A stretch of DNA of 62,996 nucleotides, filler included, from Neolecta irregularis DAH-3 (Eukaryota), in NCBI GenBank assembly GCA_001929475.1. It is 10 parts of 10 records of this genome, joined end to end, with 100 filler letters (N's around TTAATTAATTAA, not from the genome) between each part and the next. Parts side by side here need not be neighbours in the genome. Positions count along the whole stretch, not along the records: positions 50,229 to 51,676 come from LXFE01000498.1; positions 51,777 to 53,027 come from LXFE01003961.1; positions 53,128 to 54,465 come from LXFE01000501.1; positions 54,566 to 56,399 come from LXFE01003968.1; positions 56,500 to 58,481 come from LXFE01003972.1; positions 58,582 to 59,810 come from LXFE01003983.1; positions 59,911 to 62,996 come from LXFE01000504.1; 3 more parts are not named here. One strand, written 5' to 3'. Within the stretch, counting starts at the first letter, position 1. Each line of letters starts with the position of its first letter. Positions 51,161 to 62,996 of this stretch are shown here, one piece after another. The position numbers and the translations under genes are program-made. The notes below the pieces were generated by a model. The model was not told where the DNA came from. It saw nothing but the letters and a program-made list of their open reading frames with translations, and searched no databases.

Positions 51161-51923
51161 TGATGTCATCCTCAAATCTTCATTTCAGTAATTATTGGTA
51201 AGAATCCAGGTAGAGGCGTGAATCATTGGGCTGTCGTAGAATGCTAACTGCGACTATCGGTCCACCATTTTATTATAACCTGTAAGCGACAAAGGTACGA
51301 ATATGACCAGGTATTCTATTTATACCTACCCGAAGAATTGTAGGTTATAACCCCGTTTATTGAACCCAAAGATGGACTCTCTCCCACTTTCTAGCCACAT
51401 CCTACAAAACTCAGACTACCTGCTTGAAGCCCAGATACGATCAAGACTAGGTTGTATTGTTTCTAGCTCAAGTATTGGCTGAACCGCCTATCATATATAC
51501 TCCAATTTTAATTGCCGCAATATTATTACAAGCCTTCCTTCCGTATTGTTCCCGTCGTTCAACCCCATTTCATTGATGTCCATTTTCCTCTTCCTGCGGA
51601 CTTGTAAGAATTGTTCTGTCCCACCTGTGGAATCGTCCCACCTGTGGAATCGCCCAGCCTCACCACCAAATCCACTNNNNNNNNNNNNNNNNNNNNNNNN
51701 NNNNNNNNNNNNNNNNNNNNTTAATTAATTAANNNNNNNNNNNNNNNNNNNNNNNNNNNNNNNNNNNNNNNNNNNNTGTCTTAGACATATTTGGCAGATC
51801 GGCGAGTCGAATTGTCGGAAAGTAATACAAATCTCCGATGTCAAAGCATATGTCTTGAATCCATAGCACACGTCTACTCTTCTCGATCAGTATCCACGCC
51901 ACATAATTCCAACNNNNNNNNNN

Positions 51924-52510
51924 CGGGCAGATCTGGCAAATTGCCCTGCATGTCCGAGATTTCTTCTGTAGATTCTCCAAGTTGAAATGGATCAATGATG
52001 ACTACCATCATCAGTATGTCAATAACTCTGGTGATCACCTTTAGTCGGTTGGCGATCATATTGACCAGACACATATATTCCTACCATTTCGCAGTTTACC
52101 CCGATGTTATCCAAGTCTCCGAGAGAACGTATCGTTTCACCGCCCTCTTCCTGGCAAACATAAAACTTGCGGTTCTCGTTAGTGATGGCTTCTAGTTCTC
52201 CAACATAATCAAGTTGAAATGCATCTGCTTCGTCCTGGTTTGTCGAGAGCACCAGATCCCCGTTAGGAGCAATCCGTACACATTCCTGGAACTTGTTGCA
52301 AAGTCGGGTTTCCTTCAAAAAGAAACTACTGGGGGATTCATCGATTGTGAGTGGCGAATCACCACAACTCAAATAATGAGCAGGCGAATGAACGGCCGCA
52401 TTGTAAAACACTTCCAAGGCTAAAGTGAGATCAAGCCTTCAATAGATGTTACTGAATGTCTTTGTTGCAAGAACAATTGCAAAGAGTTGTGCGAAAACTG
52501 CAACTCTCAT
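51924..52510 (-). CDS. Small secreted Cys-containing protein, unknown family (3' end runs into a gap)
   Basis: Signal peptide MRVAVFAQLFAIVLA, 33-nt GT-AG intron in frame with ORF 52019-52417, five Cys. Confidence 0.65.
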
Positions 52511-55500
52511 TAGATCCTGCGTTTCAGGAATCCAGCCACGTTTTATTGTATTTTTCAGTAGAGTTGCCTCGGTATAATGGATCGATACTTGTCTTAGACA
52601 TATTTGGCAGATCGGCGAGTCGAATTGTCGGAAAGTAATACAAATCTCCGATGTCGATATGTCTTGAATCCATAGCACACGTCTACTCTTCTCGATCAGT
52701 ATCCACGCCACATAATTCCAACGCTTTCTTGAGATGGAATCGATCCAACTTGAGAGAGAAATTGTCGTTTTGCGATCTCAACTATTTGGCTTGATAAAGT
52801 AATGAATGGTGATTTCTTTCACATCCGCTTCCGGGTCGACCAAGTACAAGAACCATTTCACCTATTGTATATGATGTTTGTTCTTTGTGGTATGCGTAGT
52901 TTGTTTACTCGGAAGAATACTATTTTCTGAACATCACTATCACACCTCCTTCCTAGCCTGTTTCTGGCTCCACAAATTTTGCACTGGATGCTCGCCCTTG
53001 TCTTCTTCGGGGATGAAACTTTCCGCCNNNNNNNNNNNNNNNNNNNNNNNNNNNNNNNNNNNNNNNNNNNNTTAATTAATTAANNNNNNNNNNNNNNNNN
53101 NNNNNNNNNNNNNNNNNNNNNNNNNNNCAGCTGCCCCGCTGCCGCTGTTTGACCACACCCTCCTCGCGGTCAGCATCAGCGTCTCACTCCCTGGCACCGC
53201 ATTTGCCATGCCGTTGCAGATTCCCGCCTTGTCCCTCAATGCTGCCCCTAATCACCTGTTTGTCCTACTCGCCTTGCACACTTTTCATCGAGTTCAGGTG
53301 GTCCTTTTTGTCGCTCGTGGACTAAAGTTGGTTTGTTGATAGTGCTGCAGCTATTATGAGTGAAGGTAACTACGTTTATAATCAATTTACACGATTAAAG
53401 TCCCTCTGTTAGCCAGATGTGGACCTACTTATAGTAATTCCTTGAGGCACGCTTTGCTGCTGCCTATTCGCTCCTTCCTCTACGGAGCCTCATCTTCCGC
53501 ACATCTCCCCATTGAGCTCCCTAGCTCTTCTTGGGGAGTATTCGATCGATCGCGCGGTGAGGGTGTCGCTGCTCTGTTTATCAATGACGAGATTTACTTC
53601 CTCTTTGAGCAGCCGCGCTCCTCTTGCGGACATCGCGCCCGATCGCGGGTCAATGGTATGGCCCCCCATTGATAGGGAATCGGCTAACATCCTTATTGAG
53701 CTTCCTAGCTCTACTTGTGGATGGAGAGGTCGATCGCGCTTTGAGGATGTCCTTGGTTCGTTTGCCGGTGGCGGTGGTTATCCGTCTCTGGTGGCTGTGG
53801 GGGTTCCGGGAATCCTCCAAAAATCATACCGCCTCGACCAATTACAACAACAAATGAATCACAAGATGGTGACGACGAAGAAGTATCCGATCGCCTGTAT
53901 CCGGGGTCCAAAATTTGGTTGAAAATCACTTCAAGTTTGATCGCTGTGAGAATGATGATCTTTTATTGCTCAAGGAAATTCAATGTGGCATTCGTGGGCT
54001 ATCACAGCCACCGCCAAGCGGTACTTGAACAGGGAGGCGGACAGGCAGATGACGGTAGTGATCACATGTGCTGATTCTGTGAATATGTAGCGTGTCGCCA
54101 GTAACATGAAAACTCGCATTTTCTCCACTTTCTCGTTACAGCGACGAACCTCATCTCTGCCCTCACCTCCACCCTCTACCACGCTCCCTATCTACTTCAA
54201 TAATTATCCCCTCCAGCTCCTTCAGAATTTCCATCACTATCCCATATCATCATGTCATTTACCTCAACTATCTTGCGCGGCATTTTTAGACGTCTTCAGC
54301 ACGCGCTCAGCCAAAACCAACTACGTGTTTCTACATTTTAACTTTGAAGAACTAGGTCATTGGATTCGGTCTGGCTCGCCATAGGTCCCTCGTATAGGGG
54401 AAATGCGGCCGGTTGTCTCACTGGGTCTAGTTTAGAGAAGTTCTTATCTTTTATTTTTACTTACTNNNNNNNNNNNNNNNNNNNNNNNNNNNNNNNNNNN
54501 NNNNNNNNNTTAATTAATTAANNNNNNNNNNNNNNNNNNNNNNNNNNNNNNNNNNNNNNNNNNNNGGTATTTGTTCAAATGCTGAGATTATTGCAAGTTC
54601 AGCAAGGAAATGAATATGTGTAAAATCAGTATAAAATCATGAATTGGTGTTGGTCATGATGCATTACCTGAAAATCCAGCCAGCAGCAACAGTCACGGAT
54701 TAATGTGAATGCTGATGCATTACCTGAAAATTCAGCCAGCAGCAACAGCCCGTGCCATCGTTGGAATTCTAGCAGAACTACGACATATACAGCTTACGAA
54801 AGCAGAGAAGCCAATACTAGGCCTACGTCTGCTCCTGAAATACATGCGATCAAGAAATCGATGCTAGGTTTAATGATGAGAGCAGCCCGTCCCCATCGCA
54901 GCCGTTCGGCCATCTCCGCCCTCGGGCTTCCCACTGTACTACCTGACCGCAGAGCCCCCTAAAAATAAGTATCTCTTCAAACGTCTATTAGCACATCAAG
55001 TCCCTGCACTGCGCCCAAGACCTAGAGGAATTGGCTCCGCAGAGGTAAGCTGTAGAAGGAGCATACGATTCGCCTATAGGGCAAGAAGTGTAAATTAACA
55101 TCCAGTACTACACTAGAGTGAATGTTCACTGCACCACACTGTAAGTATTTACGAATAAGACTAGTATTGGCGACTTCCGCAGGACATACTAACCCAAGTA
55201 TTTAACCCTATCTATATTATAATAATGCAAGCCTTCCCGTATTGGCAAGCGTGTGCCATAGGCTTACACATGGTGATCACCCGGTGTGCAACGCAGTGGC
55301 AGGAGTGATAGATTGTTATTGAAGTGCTATATTCATTTATAGTGTAACTGAAATAAATGGTGTTTTGGTTGAAGTGTTTTATTTGAGATATTGCCATAAA
55401 CTGGCCTCAGCAGACAGTCCAGCCAGTCAGACCAGTTTTTAAATGAAATATGCTGACAAATTTATAGTGATTTGCGGACTCTTGAAACACGAGATGTTAT

Positions 55501-55684
55501 TGAAAATAGTGGCAGCAGACACTTGCCAGATCTGTATTTTCTCGCGTTTCTAGCGGTCAAGTTGGAATAGTTTAGCGCGAACGCAATGGATTAAACGTCA
55601 TATTTGCAATTTTTGATAGATAATGAGAAATCAATTCTTGATAGAAATGAAAGTATTATACCTCTTGAGGTAATGACTATCACA

Positions 55685-56399
55685 CTAATCGCGATTTCTG
55701 CTTGGTTGCCATCTGCGGATGCAAACTTCACGAATAGCATAGGCGGATAGAATTTCAGTGGGGGTACCGTGGATCTCTTTTGGAATTTGAACAAAACATA
55801 GGATGACGGTCTATTATTAATATGATTATTGGGAGGGGGACCTTTTTCACTTGGGAAGAGACTCTGTTGATGTTGTGTAGCCAATACCAAGGTCTTTTTT
55901 TATTTCTCGATTCATGGATGTAGGAAGGGATGATGACGATAGCGAATTCAGCGTGTGAGAAAACGGGGCCGCGTTTGTAGAGGACTTGGGTCAATAGGGG
56001 TCGAGTAAATCATACGGTAATCGGAGGAGAATTTCGAACCGGGTTTGACGACCCAACCTAGAGAGCGGTAATGGTGATAAACGACGTAATTGATGAGAAA
56101 AGGGTCGTCTGGGGAAGAAGAAAAAGATAGGGTTTGTAGTAATGATGAAAGGGGGATTGGATTCTAGAGTGAGAGGGGTATTGGGGGAGGGTACATTGTC
56201 TGGGGCGAGNNNNNNNNNNTTAGGGTTTGTAGTAAGGATGAAAGGGGGATTGGATTCTAGAGTGAGAGGGGTATTGGGGGAGGGTACATTGTCTGGGGCG
56301 AGGATAGTGAGGACGCCGAGGCCGTAAGCGAGAAAGTAGGCTTCTTGGTATGTGAGTTGTAGATGTTCCAAGTTTGGAACGTTTGGTACCAAGTTTGGA
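55685..56399 (-). CDS. SEN2: tRNA-splicing endonuclease catalytic subunit Sen2 (3' part)
   Basis: EHLQLTYQEAYFLAYGLG, YVVYHHYRSLGWVVKPGSKF, LYKRGPVFSHAEF, INRVSSQVKK, RRWQPSRNRD*. Confidence 0.92.
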
Positions 56400-56911
56400 N
56401 NNNNNNNNNNNNNNNNNNNNNNNNNNNNNNNNNNNNNNNNNNNTTAATTAATTAANNNNNNNNNNNNNNNNNNNNNNNNNNNNNNNNNNNNNNNNNNNNC
56501 TACTTATTCCACCAACGCCTGATTACTGTATTGGTAAGGTATACCGACTGGGTATATCCTTACAGGTATAGCCTTACAATTCCTTCCGTGAAGCCCCTAT
56601 TTCCTCCAACTTGAGTTTGCATTTAACAATGTGCAATGTTTGCAAAGTGTGATTATTTCTGCAATAGTAACCCTATAATGACTCTAAAATTGCGGTCTAC
56701 ACAGTTGGTTGATTTGACAAACTTTGGCTTCTAGATTGATGACCTGAGAAGCAGCCGCACCAAATTTCCTTATTGCTAAACATCATATTTATCCCTGATT
56801 TCGTCAGACGACCAAGGATATTGGAGATGTCGGACCTGAGGGCTATTATATAAGGCTCCTGACGCAGTCTTCTTTATAAGACAGCTTACACCGGCATCTT
56901 TCTAGTCACCA

Positions 56912-57376
56912 ATGAAGTTTTCCGTTCTTCTTGTTTTCTTTCCCTTTGTCGAATCAGGCCATACATTTTACCAATTATGGCTTGACGACACATTTGGCAC
57001 ATTGTCAAGGCTTAGTCTTATGAAAAACACAAACTATCACGATGCATTCTGGTTAGCGGACCAAGGTATTACTCAAGATATATTTTACTTTGAGGGTAAT
57101 GGACTTGTGAAGTTCAAGGAAGGGCAATACAAAAATAAGATGTGGGCGCATGTCAATATGGAAACGGATACGAACATTTACTTTTTGTTTTCCAATCCCC
57201 AACAAATGGACTTGAACACGATTCCTGCAGACTTCAAGACCATTTCCATACCGGATAAGGGGCAATACCTCTCAGTCAATGGTCAGACCCATTTCATGAA
57301 TTGTGATATCTACATGTACATATCTTCAAACCCAAAGGAATGTTTTTTCGGTATGATAAAAGTCATTGAAAATTGA
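56912..57376 (+). CDS. Small secreted protein (154 aa), unknown family
   Basis: Intronless ORF, signal peptide MKFSVLLVFFPFVESG, TATATAA about 65 bp upstream, two C-terminal Cys. Confidence 0.75.
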   Translation: MKFSVLLVFFPFVESGHTFYQLWLDDTFGTLSRLSLMKNTNYHDAFWLADQGITQDIFYFEGNGLVKFKEGQYKNKMWAHVNMETDTNIYFLFSNPQQMDLNTIPADFKTISIPDKGQYLSVNGQTHFMNCDIYMYISSNPKECFFGMIKVIEN

Positions 57377-57676
57377 AAAAGAGTTATCATTGTGGTCTGG
57401 CTCTGATTCGTGGTGTATGTCGAGATGGAGAACAGAGATAATATTTGTTGATGCAGATTTTGTAGTGGGTGTCGAGATTGAGAATAAAGATTAAATTTGG
57501 TGATGCAGCATCTGGTACGAAAATGATATAGTAATCTTTTGGAGGATATTTTAACGGGGTTTCTCGTTTGGCTTTTCCTTTGGTCAGAGTCTAGGTTTCT
57601 ATAACCAGACTTGCTTGCTTACTTAATATACTGAACCCATGTAAACGCAAGTTTGAAATACAAGAGAAATAATTTG

Positions 57677-58481
57677 CTATATCAAGTCTACTATTCCTCT
57701 AATGAAACCCACCATCCCAGATATCAAAATAAGATAATATGCAACAGTGTTGATTAATCCACCATTGACGCGGCCCCAAAGTCTGGGAAGACCCATGACA
57801 TTGCAAAATGCATGCGCGATGACAGGCGCCCATAATGTTTCGAGTCGTAGGAACAGAAACACTGCGTACCATCCGAAGATAGTGGTATAACTAAACTGAA
57901 ACACCGACCGAAAGATTCCTAGTCTCCATAACTCGGGCTTTGAAAGATAAAATTCGTAAAAGTGGTGAAGGTGAGCTATCTCATCAGCACGATTCCTTTA
58001 CGAATTTACCTATTCCAAAGAAAAACGGCGTTAAAAAGATTATTTTACACTCTGATGATTTGACGAGTACGAATAACGAAACAATACACCCTCGAAACAC
58101 AAATTCTTCAGTAAATGGGCCCTACGATTGAGCAATACTCGGTTTCGCAGCAAACCACGACATAATTCCTCCAACCGATCCAACAAGCCATATCGTCAAC
58201 GCCATCCAATAAACAAGTTTTCCATCCCTTATCAGCCCATTGCCACTCGAATAAAGGTCCAGAGAAAAGTAAAAGAGTAAGGTATACTCCACTAGCCATT
58301 TTTTCCAACTTGACCGGCCATAATTTGATAAAGCGGATAGAATCGAAGGTGTAGAAAGAAGTAATGTAAAAACTCAACAAGCAAGCTAAACAAACGGCAC
58401 AAAACCGCCTTTTAATAACTGAGGGATCATCTTTAGTTTGAGATTTATTTGGACGAAAAGATGGAAGAATGTAAAGCACGC
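57677..58481 (-). CDS. RCE1: CAAX prenyl protease 2 (5' truncated)
   Basis: WRNYVV-GPFTEEFVFRG, AHLHH, QFSYTTIFGWY, AHAFCNVMGLP. Confidence 0.92.
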
Positions 58482-58864
58482 NNNNNNNNNNNNNNNNNNN
58501 NNNNNNNNNNNNNNNNNNNNNNNNNTTAATTAATTAANNNNNNNNNNNNNNNNNNNNNNNNNNNNNNNNNNNNNNNNNNNNTTCCGTAATCAGCAAGAAT
58601 CAGATCTCTGAGTTGTATTTCGACATTTATTCACTGGGTATCGGATATAGAGGGCCGTAGCGCCCGCCCTCCTCCTCGAATGCTATCCTCTACCGCCCAC
58701 CCTCCTTGCCTGTTACTATCCCACCCATTACAGCCCATCCTCCTTGCCCGCTCTGTGTGCAGCATAACAACTGATGACCCTACCTTGCTTCAAAATCATT
58801 TTTTCTCTGGCGGGATCTCAATAATGGGTATATCAACACTCTTCAAACTGAAACNNNNNNNNNN

Positions 58865-59254
58865 TAAAGAGAATTATAGAATTATTTTTACACAAGCTAT
58901 CTAACCTCACCTGTCCGAGGGGTGGCCGGGAGCAATCTTCCGACGGGCTGCGCAGGGCGGGAAACAGGGTGTAGCACCAGCACTGCGGATCGCAAAGGCC
59001 TCGGCAATGCAGGTCTGGGTGCAGGTGCAGACGGAGAAGGCGGCATTTCCGGTGGACGCGTTTTGCGTGGGGCAGAAGGGAAGTGCTCGGCAGGCAGGGG
59101 CAGCGCCGCAGCGGCTGGAGGAGCAACAGGAGAGGCGGGCAGGCGAGGCCGGTAGGAAGGCGGTTAGGGAGGAGACATGGGAGAAGGGATGCAGAGTAGT
59201 ATTGAATATCACGTGAAAAAAGCCCGTTCGATCTATCGCCCATTGCCAACACTG
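58865..59254. mobile_element. Right part of a GA-rich family element ending in CCAACACTG
   Basis: GGCAGG-rich core, AATATCACGTGA, and terminus CCCATTGCCAACACTG (reverse complement CAGTGTTGG). Confidence 0.55.
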
Positions 59255-59480
59255 ACAACCACCGCACGTATTATCAAACTAGATCATATAAAAGTAAATA
59301 GAATCAATCAATTGTTATATACGAAGTAGCTTGATGTTCTAATAGCAATCCCATATCTCCCGCCGGACTCTGTGAAGACCACTTCAGTAATTTTGAAATC
59401 AAATGCAAACATTCATTGAAATAGTATGATATCCCGGACTTTGGTCGCTGTCAGACTGGCAGCATTGACGTTGCTCTTCT

Positions 59481-59772
59481 TTCCGTAATCAGCAAGAATC
59501 AGATCTCTGAGTTGTATTTCGACATTTATTCACTGGGTATCGGATAGAGAGGGCCGTAGCGCCCGCCCTCCTCCTCGAATGCTATCCTCGTCAGCCTCAC
59601 CCGCCCATTACCGCCCACCCTCCTTGCCTGTTACTATCCCACCCATTACAGCCCATCCTCCTCGCCCGCTTTGTGTGCAGCATAACAACTGATGACCCTA
59701 CCTTGTTTCAAAATCATTTTTTCTCTGGCGGGATCTCAATAATGGGTATATCAACACTCTTCAAACTGAAAC
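59481..59772. repeat. About 290-bp direct repeat of 58582-58854
   Basis: Near-identical, with a few substitutions and a roughly 19-nt indel. Confidence 0.85.
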
Positions 59773-59910
59773 AAAAACTGAAAATCTTCTAGTTGGCTAT
59801 ATTTGTTTCANNNNNNNNNNNNNNNNNNNNNNNNNNNNNNNNNNNNNNNNNNNNTTAATTAATTAANNNNNNNNNNNNNNNNNNNNNNNNNNNNNNNNNN
59901 NNNNNNNNNN

Positions 59911-60610
59911 AATTCAAGAATCCTCGTCACACTTTTCCGCCAGCAATCCGAACCATGGGTGTCAATTAGCCATGAACACTTGAATCGAACTGGAGAGGCC
60001 TGCCGAATATCCACAGAACATATTTTGAAGATGGTTGTCAAAGATTCCCAACTGTTCTCAGGACTAAGGAATATTTTGCATGAACAGCTTCAGGATAATT
60101 TTGAGCGTGCACAAACGAAACTCGATGAGCTTCTGGAGATTGAGCGAGATGGAATACTTCTCACCTACAATCATCATTATACTGATAACGGTACACGTGT
60201 ATTTTATTGGGACAATGTTTAATTTGAAAGTGAAACTTTCTCGTGAGGATCGAACGAGGAGAGTGGTAAAAGAATCGTCGTCGCCTTTGGGGACTTGCAT
60301 CGCAGTTGATGACATCGCTAAACGCATGAGCAATGAAGACTCTGCTCTTCTTGATATCCAGGATTGTCTTGCAGCCTACTACGATGTATCTCGAAAGAGA
60401 TTCGTTGATAATATTGCAATTCAGGCAATTGAAAGAGAAATGGTTAAAGAGCTGAAGAATATCATTCCAGAGGATCTCTGCTTTGAGATAGGAGAAGAAA
60501 GAATGAACGACCTAATCTATGAACCAAAACATGTTGGTGAGGAGAGAAAAATGCTGATTCAGCAAATCAAGACTTTAAAGGAAGCTGAGGACATTTTAAA
60601 ATCCGTGTAG
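59911..60610 (+). CDS. Mx-like/dynamin-family GTPase, middle and GED domains (5' truncated)
   Basis: LFRQQSEPW, LLTYNHHYTDN, DCLAAYYDVSRKRFVDNIAIQAIER and a terminal coiled coil. Confidence 0.82.
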
Positions 60611-60977
60611 GCAGATATTAGCCCTGGTGCCTCGTAAAACATGTACTTTCAAGAAAATGAATATGACAGTAAGCTAAGCTTGAAGCCAAGAAGTGGGGTG
60701 TTAGAAATTAGTGTCTTTTTTGCCTTCAGTCCAAAACTAGTCTTGTCCTCTTTTGTCCCTGGTAGTTCTGAGACTCCTCCGACTGATTTTCATAAACAAA
60801 TTTCAGTAAAACTCCCTCGAGAAGATCCGTCCTTTTTCGGTTAGCTAAAGAAAGTGAGTTTTGGCGGTCTTTAGGATACTACCCGTCTGGCGGGACTCGA
60901 GTTCGCCTCCCCGCAGAAATGTCTTCGTAGGTTTTATTTTGGTTGACTTTTTAAATATAATAGAGTTTGGAACAGGC

Positions 60978-62885
60978 ATGGCGTTGATAATCGATAACGA
61001 TCACGGGTGAGTGATTTTCCCCTTGGTCACGCCGTCGGCATACTTCAGAAAATGTCGTTTTCTTACTTCGCCTTCACCCAGGGGGATGAATCTCGCAACG
61101 ATCCTGGTAGACATTCACCTTTTTTGCCGTACTTAAAGCAGATTCTTCGTTGTTATATGGTCGATTCAGGGCAATTGCAAGACGCTCCAGTCGAGCCACT
61201 TTTTGGAATATGGATAGAACAGGAAGCAACGCAACGCTAAACTGGTTTGGGAGCATTGATTCAGAACATTCTGTTGATGATGAATCAACTTGGTTACTCA
61301 ACGGTCTTGTTCTTTCGCCTCGGAGACGGGTTGTTAGGAAGGTTGTCAAGGGATTCTGGACAAGGAATATAGTATTGAATGTTATTCCGCCGGCTTTGGT
61401 ATTTTTCTTGGAAGAATTGCTTATATTGACTTTGAGACTCTCGTTTGGGCTTCAATCCCGTTTCCGACTTTTGGTGCTACAAATTTATTACTTATAAGGA
61501 CTGTTTTACCGTCTGACAATCCCGATATAGAGCTTAATTTTTGGTTCTTCTTGTTTGTTTACTATGGGTTCTATAATGCTGTCGGATTACTATGGGTTAC
61601 AAAATTATTTAATTTGTATTCACTTAATTGGTATGTGTGTACATCTATCTGGCTTACTGTAAGGTGGCCAAAGAGTCTAGGGCCAAGTATTTCGAATCTT
61701 GCCTTCTGGAGTTTTAGCGTTCTTTTGGGGTGCGGGATTTATCTTTTTTCTGGGTTAGAACGGTATTCCTTGACCTGGGTTTGTTTATCGTCTGTAACTA
61801 TGACCGGTAAGTCCTACTATTTCTGGAGTATAATGACGTTAGGGCCAATTTTGGTTGCATTTGGGAAAATGAGACACGACCATCGACATTCAATTCGGCC
61901 GCCGTTGACAGAAACCCAAAGGACCTTTCTTCTTCAACCTATTCTGCATATTCCAGCGAGTTACATTCGATTTTTGTGGTTTTGTGTTGTGTTGCTTATT
62001 GCATTAGGGGCTTTTGTTCTTGGGGAAGCTTATGCATATATCTATCTGGCATCTTTACCGCATAAAAACCCCGTTGATGCTCTAATTTATGTTTATTCGT
62101 AAGAGTCTGAAAAATGTGGTGTTTCTCATTGATAGATGGGTTGTTACAATTCATTTACTTGATTGGCTTTCTGGATGGATGTTAGGAAGTCAGATTGGCT
62201 CTTACCCCCTAGGACTTGTATTCAAGTTCTACTATAGAATCATATATATGGTAAACGCATGGGAAGACTTGCTGTTAATATCAGGTTTTTGTTCGCAATT
62301 TGTATGCCCGACTTCATTCGCCAGAGCAGTATGCTTATCTTTCCGCTGGATCTTCGGTTGGTGCCTTGATTATCTGGCCGATATCGATGACACGTTTTGC
62401 ACACTCCGTGTATCGGTCTATCACGCGGAGTGACATCAGCTATGACGAATATAAGAAAAACAGCGGACGCAACATATATCTTGAAACCTTGGTATCGGGC
62501 ACTCCGACACAAAAGGAAGGGTGGCTAACGAGGCTAGGCCAAGAACATTACGATGATTGCGTTTTTGGGATGGGTGACAATACTGCACTTTGGCACGAAC
62601 AAGAGAGTGTATCCGTACTTTTCGTTCAGCGAGCGGACGAAGGGCACGGCTGAGCACTATACGTACCGCCTGACATTTCTTGCATCGCTTGCGGTATGGG
62701 CAGTGGAGCTTGTCACAGCGTGGATTGCGCGGCGGGTCATCTGGTGGAAATTGGGCTTTGAGGTGACTGCAGAGGCGGCAAAGGACCTGGTTGAGTATCC
62801 AGACATTGTAAGTAGTCTGGCGGCGGTGTCTGTGCATGTACTGCAGAGCATGCTTTTTAGTCTGGTGGTGCTGCGGTTCCGATGA
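60978..62885 (+). CDS. Multi-pass fungal membrane protein of unknown function (multi-exon)
   Basis: Series of hydrophobic exons (YYGFYNAVGLLWVTKLF, GEAYAYIYLASLPH, YARLHSPEQY, HFGTNKRVYPYF) joined by short introns. Confidence 0.75.
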
Positions 62886-62996
62886 GTGGCATGAATGCTA
62901 TAATATAGAGGATAAGTAGTGCTTTGGTGGATAGTCGTAACTTTGTCATCAGGAGAAAACTGGTGGCTGAATGGTGGTGAGTGGATCTCGACAAGG

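Noticed and set aside
54873..54946. Box C/D snoRNA (ATGATGA...CTGA)
   Set aside because: The segment before box D (TTCCCACTGT) matches the rRNA sense strand rather than antisense, and the terminal stem is weak.
56130..56301. Tandem duplication inside SEN2 (similar cases at 49775-50128 and 51777-51913 vs about 52590-52722)
   Set aside because: Copies straddle or abut N gaps; unmerged contig overlaps are the simplest explanation.
58833..59267. Cys/Pro/Ala-rich ORFs here and at 24226-24552 and 38749-39069
   Set aside because: They arise from low-complexity GC-rich repeat DNA, not from genes.

Overview
Fungal nuclear DNA, gene-dense, with very short (about 33-60 nt) spliceosomal introns. A Homol-D box, a Bqt4-like gene and the intron style point to an early-diverging ascomycete (Taphrinomycotina, Neolecta-like); this assignment is an inference. 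The window is not contiguous: nine 100-nt N-TTAATTAATTAA-N linkers join ten separate contigs, so neighbourhood across linkers means nothing. Recognisable genes include PEX16, a USP deubiquitinase, TRM9, a StuA-type APSES factor, the divergent RPS16/RPL13 pair, two tandem tyrosinases, XlnR, an intron-containing tRNA-Cys, RPC5, a cellobiose-dehydrogenase-type flavoprotein, RPB8, GCN3, BUB3, ASA1, TOM20, importin-9, Bqt4, an exonuclease-like/UPF1-like helicase and an SDR. There are also partial DDB1, Prr1-like kinase, SEN2, RCE1 and dynamin-like genes. The most interesting observations are: (1) a tyrosinase paralogue whose first CuA His is Tyr, next to an intact copy, in a block rich in mobile-element remnants; (2) a dead-exonuclease/SF1-helicase fusion; (3) an XlnR orthologue near a cytochrome-less, apparently GPI-anchored CDH; (4) telomeric repeats wedged between a 77-bp duplication; (5) orphan small secreted and PY-motif membrane proteins. 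All calls were made by eye from motifs; no database searches were run, and spliced gene boundaries are approximate.
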